From contig CANQEI010000005.1 in NCBI GenBank assembly GCA_947594845.1, positions 26,367-90,366 on the forward strand: a DNA stretch of 64,000 nt, given 5' to 3'. The notes under the pieces are model-generated. The model ran no database searches, was not told the origin of the DNA, and worked only from the letters and a program-made list of their open reading frames with translations. A program made the position numbers and the translations under genes. Below are positions 28,559 to 37,455 of the stretch, in pieces (the first letter of the stretch is position 1; each line of letters opens with the position of its first letter). Origin of the DNA: an uncultured Clostridia bacterium. GTDB lineage: Bacteria; Bacillota; Clostridia; TANB77; CAG-508.

Positions 28559-29660
28559 ATATGATTATTTAATTGTAGGTTCTGGATTATTTGGTTCAGT
28601 ATTTGCACACGAGGCCAATAAAGCTGGCAAAAAATGTTTAGTAATTGACAAGAGAAATAATATAGCAGGAAATATTTATACAGAAAATATTGATGATATA
28701 AATGTTCACAAATATGGGGCACATATTTTTCACACCAGCAATAAAGAGGTTTGGAAATATATAAATCAATTTGCTGAATTTAATAGATATACAAATTCTC
28801 CTGTTGCAGTCTATAAGGGAGAACTATACAATATGCCTTTCAATATGAATACTTTTAATAAATTATGGGGTGTTGTAACTCCCGAAGAGGCGAAAAAAAA
28901 GATATATGAAGAGATTAAAGAAGCAGGAATAAAAGAGCCTAAAAATTTGGAAGAGCAGGCAATTAGCTTAGTTGGAAAAACTATTTATGAGAAATTAGTA
29001 AAAGGATATACTGAAAAACAATGGGGAATGAAGTGCTCTGAATTACCAAGTTTTATAATTAAAAGATTACCAGTTAGATTTATTTATGATAATAATTACT
29101 TTAATGACACTTATCAAGGAATTCCAATAGGTGGCTATACAAAAATAATAGAAAAAATGTTAGAAGGAATAGAAGTAAAACTGAATTGCGATTTTTTTGA
29201 TAACAGACAACAACTACAAAATACAGCAAATAAGATAGTTTTTACAGGACCAATAGATAAATTTTACAACTATAAATTTGGAGAGTTAGAATATAGAAGT
29301 TTGAGATTTGAAACAGAAGAGCTAGAAATAGAAAATTATCAAGGAAATGCAGTAGTAAATTATACGGAATATGAAATACCATATACTAGAATAATAGAAC
29401 ATAAACACTTTGAATTTGGAAAACAATCAAAAACTATAATAACAAGAGAGTACCCAGATAGTTGGAATAAAGAAAAAGAAGCGTACTACCCAATAAATAA
29501 TGATAAAAATGACGAACTATATAAAAAATATGAAGAATACTCAAAGAAAGATAAGAATATAATTTTTGGTGGAAGACTTGGACAATATAAATATTATGAC
29601 ATGGATAAAACAATATTAGAAGCATTAAAAAGTTTTAAACAAGAAAAAGATTTTGAATAA
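28551..29660 (+). CDS. glf: UDP-galactopyranose mutase
   Basis: YDYLIVGSGLFGSVFA FAD motif, HKYGAHIFHT, GRLGQYKYYDMD. Confidence 0.92.
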   Translation: MSKYDYLIVGSGLFGSVFAHEANKAGKKCLVIDKRNNIAGNIYTENIDDINVHKYGAHIFHTSNKEVWKYINQFAEFNRYTNSPVAVYKGELYNMPFNMNTFNKLWGVVTPEEAKKKIYEEIKEAGIKEPKNLEEQAISLVGKTIYEKLVKGYTEKQWGMKCSELPSFIIKRLPVRFIYDNNYFNDTYQGIPIGGYTKIIEKMLEGIEVKLNCDFFDNRQQLQNTANKIVFTGPIDKFYNYKFGELEYRSLRFETEELEIENYQGNAVVNYTEYEIPYTRIIEHKHFEFGKQSKTIITREYPDSWNKEKEAYYPINNDKNDELYKKYEEYSKKDKNIIFGGRLGQYKYYDMDKTILEALKSFKQEKDFE

Positions 29661-29689
29661 TTTATTAAAGAATATATAAAGATAAGGAG
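29661..29689 (+). repeat. Direct repeat copy 1 (tttattaaagaatatataaagataaggag), immediately after the glf stop
   Basis: 29/30-nt match to 30650-30679. Its 3' end forms the left arm of the glf terminator hairpin. Confidence 0.9.
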
Positions 29690-29712
29690 CTGATTGAAAT
29701 TAGCTCCTATTT
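29685..29712 (+). terminator. Hairpin terminator after glf
   Basis: aggagct (29685-29691) pairs with agctcct (29702-29708). Weak T tail. Confidence 0.5.
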
Positions 29713-29737
29713 TAATAAAAAATAATATTGCTATTCA

Positions 29738-29766
29738 TTGAAAATAAAGAATTAATATGATAATAT
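29738..29766 (+). promoter_or_regulatory. Candidate promoter of the two-gene cassette
   Basis: TTGAAA, 17 nt, TGaTAATAT. Confidence 0.45.
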
Positions 29767-29788
29767 GACATCGGAAGGATGTTTAATA

Positions 29789-30688
29789 ATGGAAATACTA
29801 AAAAAATGTAACCCAAGGATATTAACTTTTTTTAGAATAATAGTAATGAAATTAAAAAAAATAGTTTGTATAATATTGAATTTTGCAAGAACAATAGGAG
29901 TAATACTTATAATTTTTTCTTTTCCACTTATACTACCAATTATGTTGAAACTTTTAGTAGATTATAGTGTATTTAATGATGTACAGGATTTTCAAAATTA
30001 TAATAACATTTTTTTAAACAAATATGCTATCATATATTTAATTATAGGAATACTATTATTCAGCAATCATCTGGGAAAATTGGGAGAATTCATAAAAGAA
30101 ACAATAAGAAGAGTAACACACGTTGATATGGACTTAGGCAGTGGTAAAAAAATTTCTGCTGAGCTTTATGAAAAACGAATGCTAGAAGAATCAAATCAAA
30201 ATAAAGAGATTTCTAAAGAAATAATAGAAGATTACAAAGTATCAGAAACTCAAAACAGTATAATTCAGGATATAAAAAATTCAAATCCAACCGATTCAAT
30301 AAAGAAACAAACTAACATAACAAACAATGTGTGTGCAGATTGTGATAAAAAATTACTAGAAGAAGAAAATAAAAATTTGAGAAATTTTGCTGCATATAAT
30401 ATACTAGATAGAGAAACAAAAAATATCCTTATTGAAATATATCATAGTGAGCAAATTGAAATAGAAAGGTTTTCAGATATTCTAATAAAAAAATATAGAA
30501 GAAGAAATAATAGAACACTAACTGCAAGAACTAGTAGATTATTAGCTGAAAATCAATGTGAAAGCATTATTAGTAAACTAAAATTTCTAGAAATAATTGA
30601 AATTTCAGAAGATAATAAATTAATAAGATTAACTCAAAAAGGAAAAGCATTTATTAAAGAATATATAAAAGATAAGGAGGAAATGTAG
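29789..30688 (+). CDS. Membrane-anchored protein with a C-terminal winged-helix-like domain (unknown family)
   Basis: Start chosen at MEILKK (RBS ggaagga 8 nt upstream). Two to three N-terminal TM helices, a K/E/N-rich linker and CADC. The C-terminus ...ESIISKLKFLEIIEISEDNKLIRLTQKGKAFIKEY looks wHTH-like. Confidence 0.45.
   Translation: MEILKKCNPRILTFFRIIVMKLKKIVCIILNFARTIGVILIIFSFPLILPIMLKLLVDYSVFNDVQDFQNYNNIFLNKYAIIYLIIGILLFSNHLGKLGEFIKETIRRVTHVDMDLGSGKKISAELYEKRMLEESNQNKEISKEIIEDYKVSETQNSIIQDIKNSNPTDSIKKQTNITNNVCADCDKKLLEEENKNLRNFAAYNILDRETKNILIEIYHSEQIEIERFSDILIKKYRRRNNRTLTARTSRLLAENQCESIISKLKFLEIIEISEDNKLIRLTQKGKAFIKEYIKDKEEM
30650..30679 (+). repeat. Direct repeat copy 2 (tttattaaagaatatataaaagataaggag), forming the last codons of the upstream ORF and the RBS of the Panacea gene
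   Basis: Identical to 29661-29689 apart from one extra A. Confidence 0.9.
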
Positions 30689-30690
30689 CT

Positions 30691-31134
30691 ATGGAAAATG
30701 CAACGCAAACAGGAAGATATTTCCTTACAAAAAATCCAAATCTTTCAGAAATACAGGTTCAAAAATTAACATATTATGCTTATGTGTGGAATTTAGTATT
30801 GCAAAATCATAGATTGTTCGAAGAAAATCCAGAAGCATGGATACATGGACCAGTATTTAGAACTCTTTACAAAGCAATGAAGAGAAGAGAATTTTATGAA
30901 GTTGAGAGTTCTGAATTTGAAGATATAGATTCTCAGGAAAGATTGATATTAGATATGATATATAGAATATATGGAAGATTTTCGGGATATGAATTAGAAA
31001 TAATAACACATAATGAAAGGCCTTGGCAAAATGCTCGAGGTGATAAATCGCATGATGAAATATCTACTGATGAAATAACAGATGAAGACATAATACAATA
31101 TTATGGAGAATTATTAAATCAAGGAGTTAATTAA
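30691..31134 (+). CDS. DUF4065 / 'Panacea' domain protein (SocA/GepA-like putative antitoxin)
   Basis: N-terminal ...LSEIQVQKLTYYAYVWNLVLQNHRLFEENPEAWIHGPVFRTLY matches the DUF4065 pattern (KL.Y.a....l.....lf.e.f.Aw..GPV...ly). Confidence 0.65.
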   Translation: MENATQTGRYFLTKNPNLSEIQVQKLTYYAYVWNLVLQNHRLFEENPEAWIHGPVFRTLYKAMKRREFYEVESSEFEDIDSQERLILDMIYRIYGRFSGYELEIITHNERPWQNARGDKSHDEISTDEITDEDIIQYYGELLNQGVN

Positions 31135-31151
31135 AATTAGCTCCTTTTTTT
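31121..31151 (+). terminator. Intrinsic terminator whose 3' arm repeats the glf terminator arm
   Basis: aaggagtt pairs with agctcctt, then ttttt. aaattagctcct (31134-31145) equals 29697-29708. Confidence 0.65.
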
Positions 31152-31249
31152 ATATAAAAAAACATTAAAGGTTTACATTTTAAAAAAAGAATATTATAAT
31201 AACAATACTTTATCAAAATATAATATAATAAAAATAAGGGGAGGACCAA

Positions 31250-32746
31250 ATGAATAAAAAAGACGGAAGACACTCTCATGACGACGAATTAGAAGATGTT
31301 CTTGATAAAAAGGAAAATGGAATAGAAAAAAAACATCCAATATTAAGTATTATTTTTAAAATATTTGCATTAATATATTTAGTTATAACAGTTATTTTCT
31401 TTGTGGCAGTAATGAAATTGAATATGTTACCAGGTTTGTATGTAACTTTATTTAGCGTAATTGAAGCTTTATTAACAATTGCACTAATATTTGGATTAGC
31501 AAAATTACATACAAAACTTGTACTTAATATTATTTCACTACTACTCGTAATCGCAATTTCATCTGTATATTTTGTTGGAATGAGATATATAGGAGCAACG
31601 ACAAATTTCTTGAAATCTGCATTTCAAGAGGTTTCAGAAACAGAAGAATATTTTATCGTTGTTAGAAAAGAAAGTATATATGAAGGCGTAGAAGACTTAA
31701 ATAACATAGATACATATGCTTTCCAAATTGAAGAAAAAACGAAACAGGATGTTTTTAGTAAAATAAACAAAGAATTAAAATCAAGTGATGACTTAACACA
31801 AATGGGAAATGACCTATTATCAGAAAAAATCGAGTCAATTTTAGTTAGTTCATCACAATATGATATGCTTTCAGAAACAATAGAAAATTTTGAAGAAAGC
31901 ACAAGAATTCTTTATATAACAGTTCTTAATATTGGTCAAGCAAATCAAATTGAAGATGATAATTCACAATTTAAAACACAAAATGGTGTATTCAATGTTT
32001 ATATCAGTGGTATAGATACATCAGGAACAATAAGCAAGGTATCAAGAAGTGATGCAAATATAGTTGCAACAGTTAATACAAATACACATGAAGTTCTTTT
32101 AACTTCAATACCAAGAGATTACTACGTTACACTACATAGCAAAGGAGCCAAAGATAAATTAACTCATTCTGGTATTTATGGAATAAATGAAACAGTAACA
32201 ACAGTTGAAGATTTATTAGGCATTGAAATAAATTATTATGTAAGAGTTAACTTTACAACATTAATAAAATTAGTTGACACTTTAGGTGGAATTGACGTAA
32301 ATTCAGAATATTCATTTAAAACACAAGGATATCAATTTAATGAAGGAATGAATCATTTAAATGGAGCTCAAGCTTTAGCCTTCAGTAGAGAAAGACATTC
32401 TTTCGCTTCAGGTGATAATCAAAGAGTAAGAGATCAGCAAATAGTTATTGATGCAATAATGAATAAAGTTTTAAACAGCACAACATTATTAACAAAATAT
32501 GCAGATATTTTAAATAACTTAGAAGGATGTTTCCAGACGAATGTTGATCAAAATGACATAAATGAATTAGTGAAGCAACAACTAAGAACAATGCCAAAAT
32601 GGACTACTAAATCATATCAATTATATGGAACAGGAGCACGAAGCTCAACATATTCAATGGGAAGCCAAAAACTATATGTTATGATTCCAAATGAAACATC
32701 AGTATCTGAAGCAAAAGCAAATATTAAATCAACAATGGAAAAATAA
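31250..32746 (+). CDS. LytR-CpsA-Psr (LCP) family glycopolymer transferase
   Basis: N-terminal TM helices followed by the LCP core (SDANIVATVN...LTSIPRDYYV...KLTHS...GINY.VRVNF...LNGAQALAFSRER...GD.QR...Q). Confidence 0.85.
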   Translation: MNKKDGRHSHDDELEDVLDKKENGIEKKHPILSIIFKIFALIYLVITVIFFVAVMKLNMLPGLYVTLFSVIEALLTIALIFGLAKLHTKLVLNIISLLLVIAISSVYFVGMRYIGATTNFLKSAFQEVSETEEYFIVVRKESIYEGVEDLNNIDTYAFQIEEKTKQDVFSKINKELKSSDDLTQMGNDLLSEKIESILVSSSQYDMLSETIENFEESTRILYITVLNIGQANQIEDDNSQFKTQNGVFNVYISGIDTSGTISKVSRSDANIVATVNTNTHEVLLTSIPRDYYVTLHSKGAKDKLTHSGIYGINETVTTVEDLLGIEINYYVRVNFTTLIKLVDTLGGIDVNSEYSFKTQGYQFNEGMNHLNGAQALAFSRERHSFASGDNQRVRDQQIVIDAIMNKVLNSTTLLTKYADILNNLEGCFQTNVDQNDINELVKQQLRTMPKWTTKSYQLYGTGARSSTYSMGSQKLYVMIPNETSVSEAKANIKSTMEK

Positions 32747-32755
32747 ATCATAAAT

Positions 32756-32803
32756 CTCCCAAACCAGTAATATTTTATAATATAAGGTTTGGGAGGTTTT
32801 TTT
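32756..32803 (+). terminator. Intrinsic terminator whose 3' arm contains the RBS of the next gene
   Basis: ctcccaaacc (32756-32765) pairs with ggtttgggag (32786-32795), then gttttttt, then the ATG at 32804. Confidence 0.6.
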
Positions 32804-33583
32804 ATGAATAAAAAAATAATTATAGTTATAGCAATTGTATTTTCTATTATAAGTTGCTATATTGCCTCAACATCTCAGGTAAAAGCAAGCGATATAAACA
32901 AAAAAATCTGCTGGGGAATAAAAAGAGCAACAAATCATGAACAACCAGATTTAGGAAAAGAAAACAAAGAATTAATAGATAAATACAATGGAATTGCAAT
33001 GGGCAATGCAAATGACAAATTTATATATTTAACTTTTGATTTAGGATATGAAGGTGGATATACTGAAAAAATACTTGATATTCTAAAAGAAAATGATGTA
33101 AAGGCATGCTTTTTTATAACAGCACATTATGCGAATACATCATCAGAATTAGTAAAAAGAATGATTGAAGAAGGTCATGACGTTGGAAATCATACAGTAA
33201 ATCATAAGAGCATGCCGGAAATTTCAGAAGATGAAATGAAAAAAGAAGTAATGGATTTACACACGGCAATATACGAGAAATTTGGTTATGAAATGAAGTA
33301 TATAAGACCACCAAAGGGAGAATATAGTGAAAAAAGCTTACAAGTGTGTAATAGTTTAAATTATCAAACAATAATGTGGTCTTTTGCATATGACGATTGG
33401 GAAGAATCAAAGCAAGGAAGAGAAGAATATGGAAAATCTAAAATTTTAGATAACTTACATCCAGGAGAAGTAATGCTGTTACACGGAACTTCAAAAGATA
33501 ATATGAATATATTAGACGAATGTATAAAAAACATTAAAGAACAGGGATATGAATTTAAAAAGTTAGAAGAATTTAAAAGGTAA
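32804..33583 (+). CDS. Polysaccharide deacetylase family protein (PdaA/PdaB-like, NodB domain)
   Basis: Signal/TM N-terminus, YLTFDLGYE, GNHTVNHKSM, RPP.G, LLHG. Confidence 0.8.
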   Translation: MNKKIIIVIAIVFSIISCYIASTSQVKASDINKKICWGIKRATNHEQPDLGKENKELIDKYNGIAMGNANDKFIYLTFDLGYEGGYTEKILDILKENDVKACFFITAHYANTSSELVKRMIEEGHDVGNHTVNHKSMPEISEDEMKKEVMDLHTAIYEKFGYEMKYIRPPKGEYSEKSLQVCNSLNYQTIMWSFAYDDWEESKQGREEYGKSKILDNLHPGEVMLLHGTSKDNMNILDECIKNIKEQGYEFKKLEEFKR

Positions 33584-33658
33584 ATACAAACTTCGACAAA
33601 TAATACAAAATTAATATGTTAATATATAAAAATAGAATAGTCTTAATAAAAAAACGTG

Positions 33659-33687
33659 TTGAAAATGTATATAAAACGTGATACAAT
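33659..33687 (+). promoter_or_regulatory. Promoter of the dinJ-yafQ module, overlapped by AAAACGT repeats
   Basis: TTGAAA, 17 nt, TGaTACAAT. The motif (t)aaaacgt occurs at about 33650, 33672, 33687 and 33714. Confidence 0.5.
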
Positions 33688-33708
33688 AAAACGTAGGAGG
33701 TGTTCAGT

Positions 33709-33972
33709 ATGGCTAAAACGGATACTTTACACATAAGAGTTGAACCAGAAGTTAAGAAAAAAGCGGAGAAAACATTAAATGATTTAGGATTATCTATTAC
33801 AGAAGCAATTAATGTGTTTTTAAATATAGTCATTTTAAATGATGGAATTCCTTTTGAAATCAAAAAGCCCAATAAAGAAACTATACAGGCAATGGAAGAT
33901 GTAAAGAATGGAAAAAATTTAGGAAAAACATATAATAATGCAGATGAGATGTTTGAGGAGTTAGACAAATAG
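33709..33972 (+). CDS. dinJ: Type II antitoxin, RelB/DinJ family
   Basis: MAKTDTLHIRVEPEVKKKAEKTLNDLGLSITEAINVFL... ribbon-helix-helix DinJ pattern. Stop overlaps the toxin start (TAGTG). Confidence 0.8.
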   Translation: MAKTDTLHIRVEPEVKKKAEKTLNDLGLSITEAINVFLNIVILNDGIPFEIKKPNKETIQAMEDVKNGKNLGKTYNNADEMFEELDK

Positions 33973-34244
33973 TGCTAAAAATTAGATATGCCAATCAATT
34001 CAAAAAAGATTATAAATTAATTAAAAAAAGAGGATATGACATTACAAAATTAAAAAATGTTATTAATTTATTATTAGAAGAAAAAGAATTACCTGCTAAA
34101 TATAAAGAACATTATTTAGCAGGTAATTATAAAGGTTTTAAAGAATGTCATATTGAATCAGATTGGCTACTAATTTATATAATTGAACAAGATACATTGA
34201 CTCTAACATTAATTAGAACTGGTTCTCATTCAGATTTATTTTAA
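33972..34244 (+). CDS. yafQ: Type II toxin, YafQ/RelE-family mRNA interferase
   Basis: FKKDYKL..KRG.D...L..VI..L.....L....K.H.L.G...G..ECHI..DWLLIY......L.L.RTGSHSDLF. Confidence 0.8.
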   Translation: MLKIRYANQFKKDYKLIKKRGYDITKLKNVINLLLEEKELPAKYKEHYLAGNYKGFKECHIESDWLLIYIIEQDTLTLTLIRTGSHSDLF

Positions 34245-35107
34245 TTTTTTAAATTATACAAATCACTTTCAATGCAAAGTTTAGCTCTTTTAGAAGATTT
34301 TTCATCTGAATTTAAAGCATTTTCAAGAAATTCAGGATGTTCAATTAAAAAATTCCTCATTGTATTAAATTGATCCTTTTTAAAATCTTTCAACATATTT
34401 AACTGGGTCTCATTTATGATTCCTAGATTTAAGGCTCTATCAAACAATTCCAAATCAATATTTATTAAAGCATATGGCTTAACACCAACTTCAACTAATT
34501 TTTCTGTTCCACCATCATTTCTATCAATTACGCAAGCACTCCAAAGTATTTTGCCATCAATGTTTTCAATTGCAGGAATCCAAGCACGTAGATAACTAGA
34601 AGCTTGATTTAGCAAATCTGCAACATGAAGTACATTCTTTTTTTCTAATTTTGAAACAATCTCATTTTTTGAAAAGTTATAAGAACTTACAACTGCTGAC
34701 AAATCTTTATAAATGGTAATGTGTGGTTTTCTTAAAAGATAAGCTACAATATTTGAGAAATACCAATCACGACGTTCACCACCAGAAACATAATCAATTT
34801 CATCAACAGGGATATTTGCTTTTATGTAATAAACTAATGAATTAATTACAGTTGAATAAGTTATATTATTTTCATATTGATATAAAACTTTAGCAAAAAT
34901 ATCTTGAGGAATTTTATCTTTAGAAACATTTTCTAATTCGTCATCGATATATTTTAATAGTTTATTAGCATCATCTTCGCTTCCATATAAAAATTGTCCA
35001 TTAACAAAGTAAGGTCCAATTTTTCCAGATGTATACCAAAAAGGTTTATTTTCCTCACAAACTCTAAATGCATTTGTTTTAAAAAGGTAAGAAGTTAAAT
35101 CATTCAT
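34241..35107 (-). CDS. Divergent phosphoribosyltransferase-like protein, possibly the missing PyrE function
   Basis: Start at MNDLTSY after the RBS ggagg. FRVCEENKPFWYTSGKIGPYF resembles the OPRT N-terminus. The PRPP loop is degenerate (VLHVADLLNQASS). Divergently placed next to the pyr operon. Confidence 0.4.
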   Translation of the reverse strand: MNDLTSYLFKTNAFRVCEENKPFWYTSGKIGPYFVNGQFLYGSEDDANKLLKYIDDELENVSKDKIPQDIFAKVLYQYENNITYSTVINSLVYYIKANIPVDEIDYVSGGERRDWYFSNIVAYLLRKPHITIYKDLSAVVSSYNFSKNEIVSKLEKKNVLHVADLLNQASSYLRAWIPAIENIDGKILWSACVIDRNDGGTEKLVEVGVKPYALINIDLELFDRALNLGIINETQLNMLKDFKKDQFNTMRNFLIEHPEFLENALNSDEKSSKRAKLCIESDLYNLKN

Positions 35108-35178
35108 TATTATAATACCTCCAAATTTATTTGAAGATAATATATATAAAATGTGGAAAAGTGTCAACCAAAAAGTAG

Positions 35179-35207
35179 TTGAAAAAACAAACTGAAAATG
35201 ATAGGAT
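35179..35207 (+). promoter_or_regulatory. Candidate promoter of the pyr operon
   Basis: TTGAAA, 17 nt, TGaTAGGAT. Confidence 0.4.
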
Positions 35208-35235
35208 ATAAAAAATGTGTTGAAGGGAGAATGAG

Positions 35236-36513
35236 ATGAAACTATTATTAAAAAATGGAACAGTAATAGATTATGCAAGTAATTTTCAAGATAAAGCTGA
35301 TATTTTAATTGAAGATGAAAAAATAATTGATATTGATAAAGAAATTAAAATGGATGCAGATAAAATTATTGATTGTACTGGATTATATATTATGCCTGGA
35401 ATGATTGATATGCATTGTCATTTAAGAGAACCAGGAGGAGAACATAAAGAAACCATAGAAACTGGATCTAAAAGCGCTGTTAAAGGTGGTTTTACAACTA
35501 TTTGTCCTATGCCAAATACAAAACCAACACCAGATAGCGCTATTGTTTTGTCTGAAATAATAGATAAAGCTAAAAAAGTAGGATTATGCAATATACTTCC
35601 ATATTCAAGTGTAACTAAAGGTGAAAAAGGAGAAGAACTTGTAAATTTTGAAGAACAATTAAAAGCTGGAGCAATTGCTTTTTCTGATGATGGAATGCCA
35701 GTAGAAAATGCAAGAATGATAAGAGAAGCTATGATTAAAACAAATAAATTAGGTAGCTTTGTATCAGAACATTGTGAAGAAAAATCAGTCTCAAAAGGTG
35801 CAATAAATGCTGGAAAAATAGCAGAAGAATTAGGAGTTGAAGGAGTATTACCAGAAGCAGAAGAAATAATGGCTGCAAGAGACATTGTTATTGCAGAAAC
35901 AAATAAGCTACATACACATATTTGTCATATAAGTACAAAAACTACAGCAGATACAATAAGAAGTGCAAAACAAAGAGGAGTCAATGTAACATGCGAAACT
36001 TGTCCACATTATTATAGCTTTACTGTGGAAGAAGTTTTGAAAAAAGGCGTAAATGCAAAAATGAATCCACCACTTAGAGAAGAAAAAGATAGAAAAGCAA
36101 TTATCGAAGCACTTAAAGATGGAACGATAGATTGTATAGTAACAGATCATGCTCCACATGCTGAGGAAGAAAAAGCACAAGGACTAGCAAAAGCTCCAAA
36201 CGGCATAGTTGGATTTGAAACAGCATTAGCGGCAACAATAACAAACTTAGTAGATACAGGAGAATTAACATTATTAGAAATGTGCAAATTAATGTCATAT
36301 AATCCTGCTAAACTTTTAAAAATAGATAAAGGAGAAATTGGTGTAGGAAAAATTGCTGATTTAACAATTTTTGACAAAGACCGTGAATATATTTATACAA
36401 AGAAAGATATTGTATCTAAATCAAAAAATTCTCCATTCATAGGTGAAAAACTAAAAGGTAGAGTAAAATATACAATAGTAAATGGCCAAATTGTATATGA
36501 GGAGGAAAGATAA
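35236..36513 (+). CDS. pyrC: Dihydroorotase
   Basis: DMHCHLREPG metal motif and DHAPH. Confidence 0.9.
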   Translation: MKLLLKNGTVIDYASNFQDKADILIEDEKIIDIDKEIKMDADKIIDCTGLYIMPGMIDMHCHLREPGGEHKETIETGSKSAVKGGFTTICPMPNTKPTPDSAIVLSEIIDKAKKVGLCNILPYSSVTKGEKGEELVNFEEQLKAGAIAFSDDGMPVENARMIREAMIKTNKLGSFVSEHCEEKSVSKGAINAGKIAEELGVEGVLPEAEEIMAARDIVIAETNKLHTHICHISTKTTADTIRSAKQRGVNVTCETCPHYYSFTVEEVLKKGVNAKMNPPLREEKDRKAIIEALKDGTIDCIVTDHAPHAEEEKAQGLAKAPNGIVGFETALAATITNLVDTGELTLLEMCKLMSYNPAKLLKIDKGEIGVGKIADLTIFDKDREYIYTKKDIVSKSKNSPFIGEKLKGRVKYTIVNGQIVYEEER

Positions 36514-36515
36514 AA

Positions 36516-37439
36516 ATGAATGCTATTGATAGACTTATTGAAAAAATAAAAGAAACAAATAATCCAACAGTAATAGGACTTGATCCTAGATATGATATGC
36601 TACCAAATTGTATAAAAGAAAAATATACAAAAGACGAAAAAAGTATCTGTGAAGGAATATTAGAATATAATAAAAGTATTATAGATGAAGTTTATGACAT
36701 TATTCCTGCAGTAAAACCACAAATTGCTTTTTATGAAATGTTTGGAGAAAAAGGAATATATGTATTTAAAGAAACATGCAAATATGCAAAAGAAAAAGGC
36801 ATGATTGTAATTTCAGATATAAAAAGAGGAGATATTGGTTCAACAGCTCAAGGATATTCTAATGCATATTTAGGGAAAACTAATATTGGAAAAGAAGAAA
36901 AAAGTTTTTTTGATATAGATTTTTGCACTGTAAATCCATATTTAGGAATAGATGGAATAAAACCATTTATTGAAGACTGTAAAAAATATGAAAAAGGAAT
37001 CTTTATTCTAGTAAAAACCTCAAACCCATCTTCTGGAGAATTGCAAGACTTAAAACTAGAAAGTGGACAAACAGTTTATGAAAAGGTTGCAAATCTTGTA
37101 GATGATTGGGGTAAAGAACTAATTGGAAAAAATGAATATAGTAGTATTGGTGCAGTTGTAGGAGCAACATATCCAGAGCAATTAAAAGAGTTAAGAAAAA
37201 TTATGCCTAATACATATTTTTTAATTCCTGGATACGGTGCACAAGGTGGAAAAGCACAAGATATTGCATTAGGATTTGACAACAAAGGTCTTGGAGGAAT
37301 TGTTAATGCTTCAAGAAGTTTGATGTGTGCATATAAATCAGAAATATGGAAAGATAAATTTAAAGATGAGGAATATGCAAAAGCTACAAGAGCAGAAGCA
37401 ATTCGAATGAGAGATGAATTAAACAGTTTCTTAAAATAA
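36516..37439 (+). CDS. pyrF: Orotidine-5'-phosphate decarboxylase (type 2, long form)
   Basis: GLDPR, DIKRGDIGST, PGYGAQGG. Confidence 0.88.
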   Translation: MNAIDRLIEKIKETNNPTVIGLDPRYDMLPNCIKEKYTKDEKSICEGILEYNKSIIDEVYDIIPAVKPQIAFYEMFGEKGIYVFKETCKYAKEKGMIVISDIKRGDIGSTAQGYSNAYLGKTNIGKEEKSFFDIDFCTVNPYLGIDGIKPFIEDCKKYEKGIFILVKTSNPSSGELQDLKLESGQTVYEKVANLVDDWGKELIGKNEYSSIGAVVGATYPEQLKELRKIMPNTYFLIPGYGAQGGKAQDIALGFDNKGLGGIVNASRSLMCAYKSEIWKDKFKDEEYAKATRAEAIRMRDELNSFLK

Positions 37440-37455
37440 GAAAGGAGAAAATCAA

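Noticed and set aside
29765-29788. Earlier ATG for the membrane/wHTH protein
   Set aside because: It would lie inside the predicted -10 element and before the likely transcription start. The ATG at 29789 has a proper RBS. This is not fully excluded.
33573-33968. 131-aa minus-strand ORF opposite dinJ
   Set aside because: It is antisense to a clear DinJ antitoxin and its promoter, and has no RBS.
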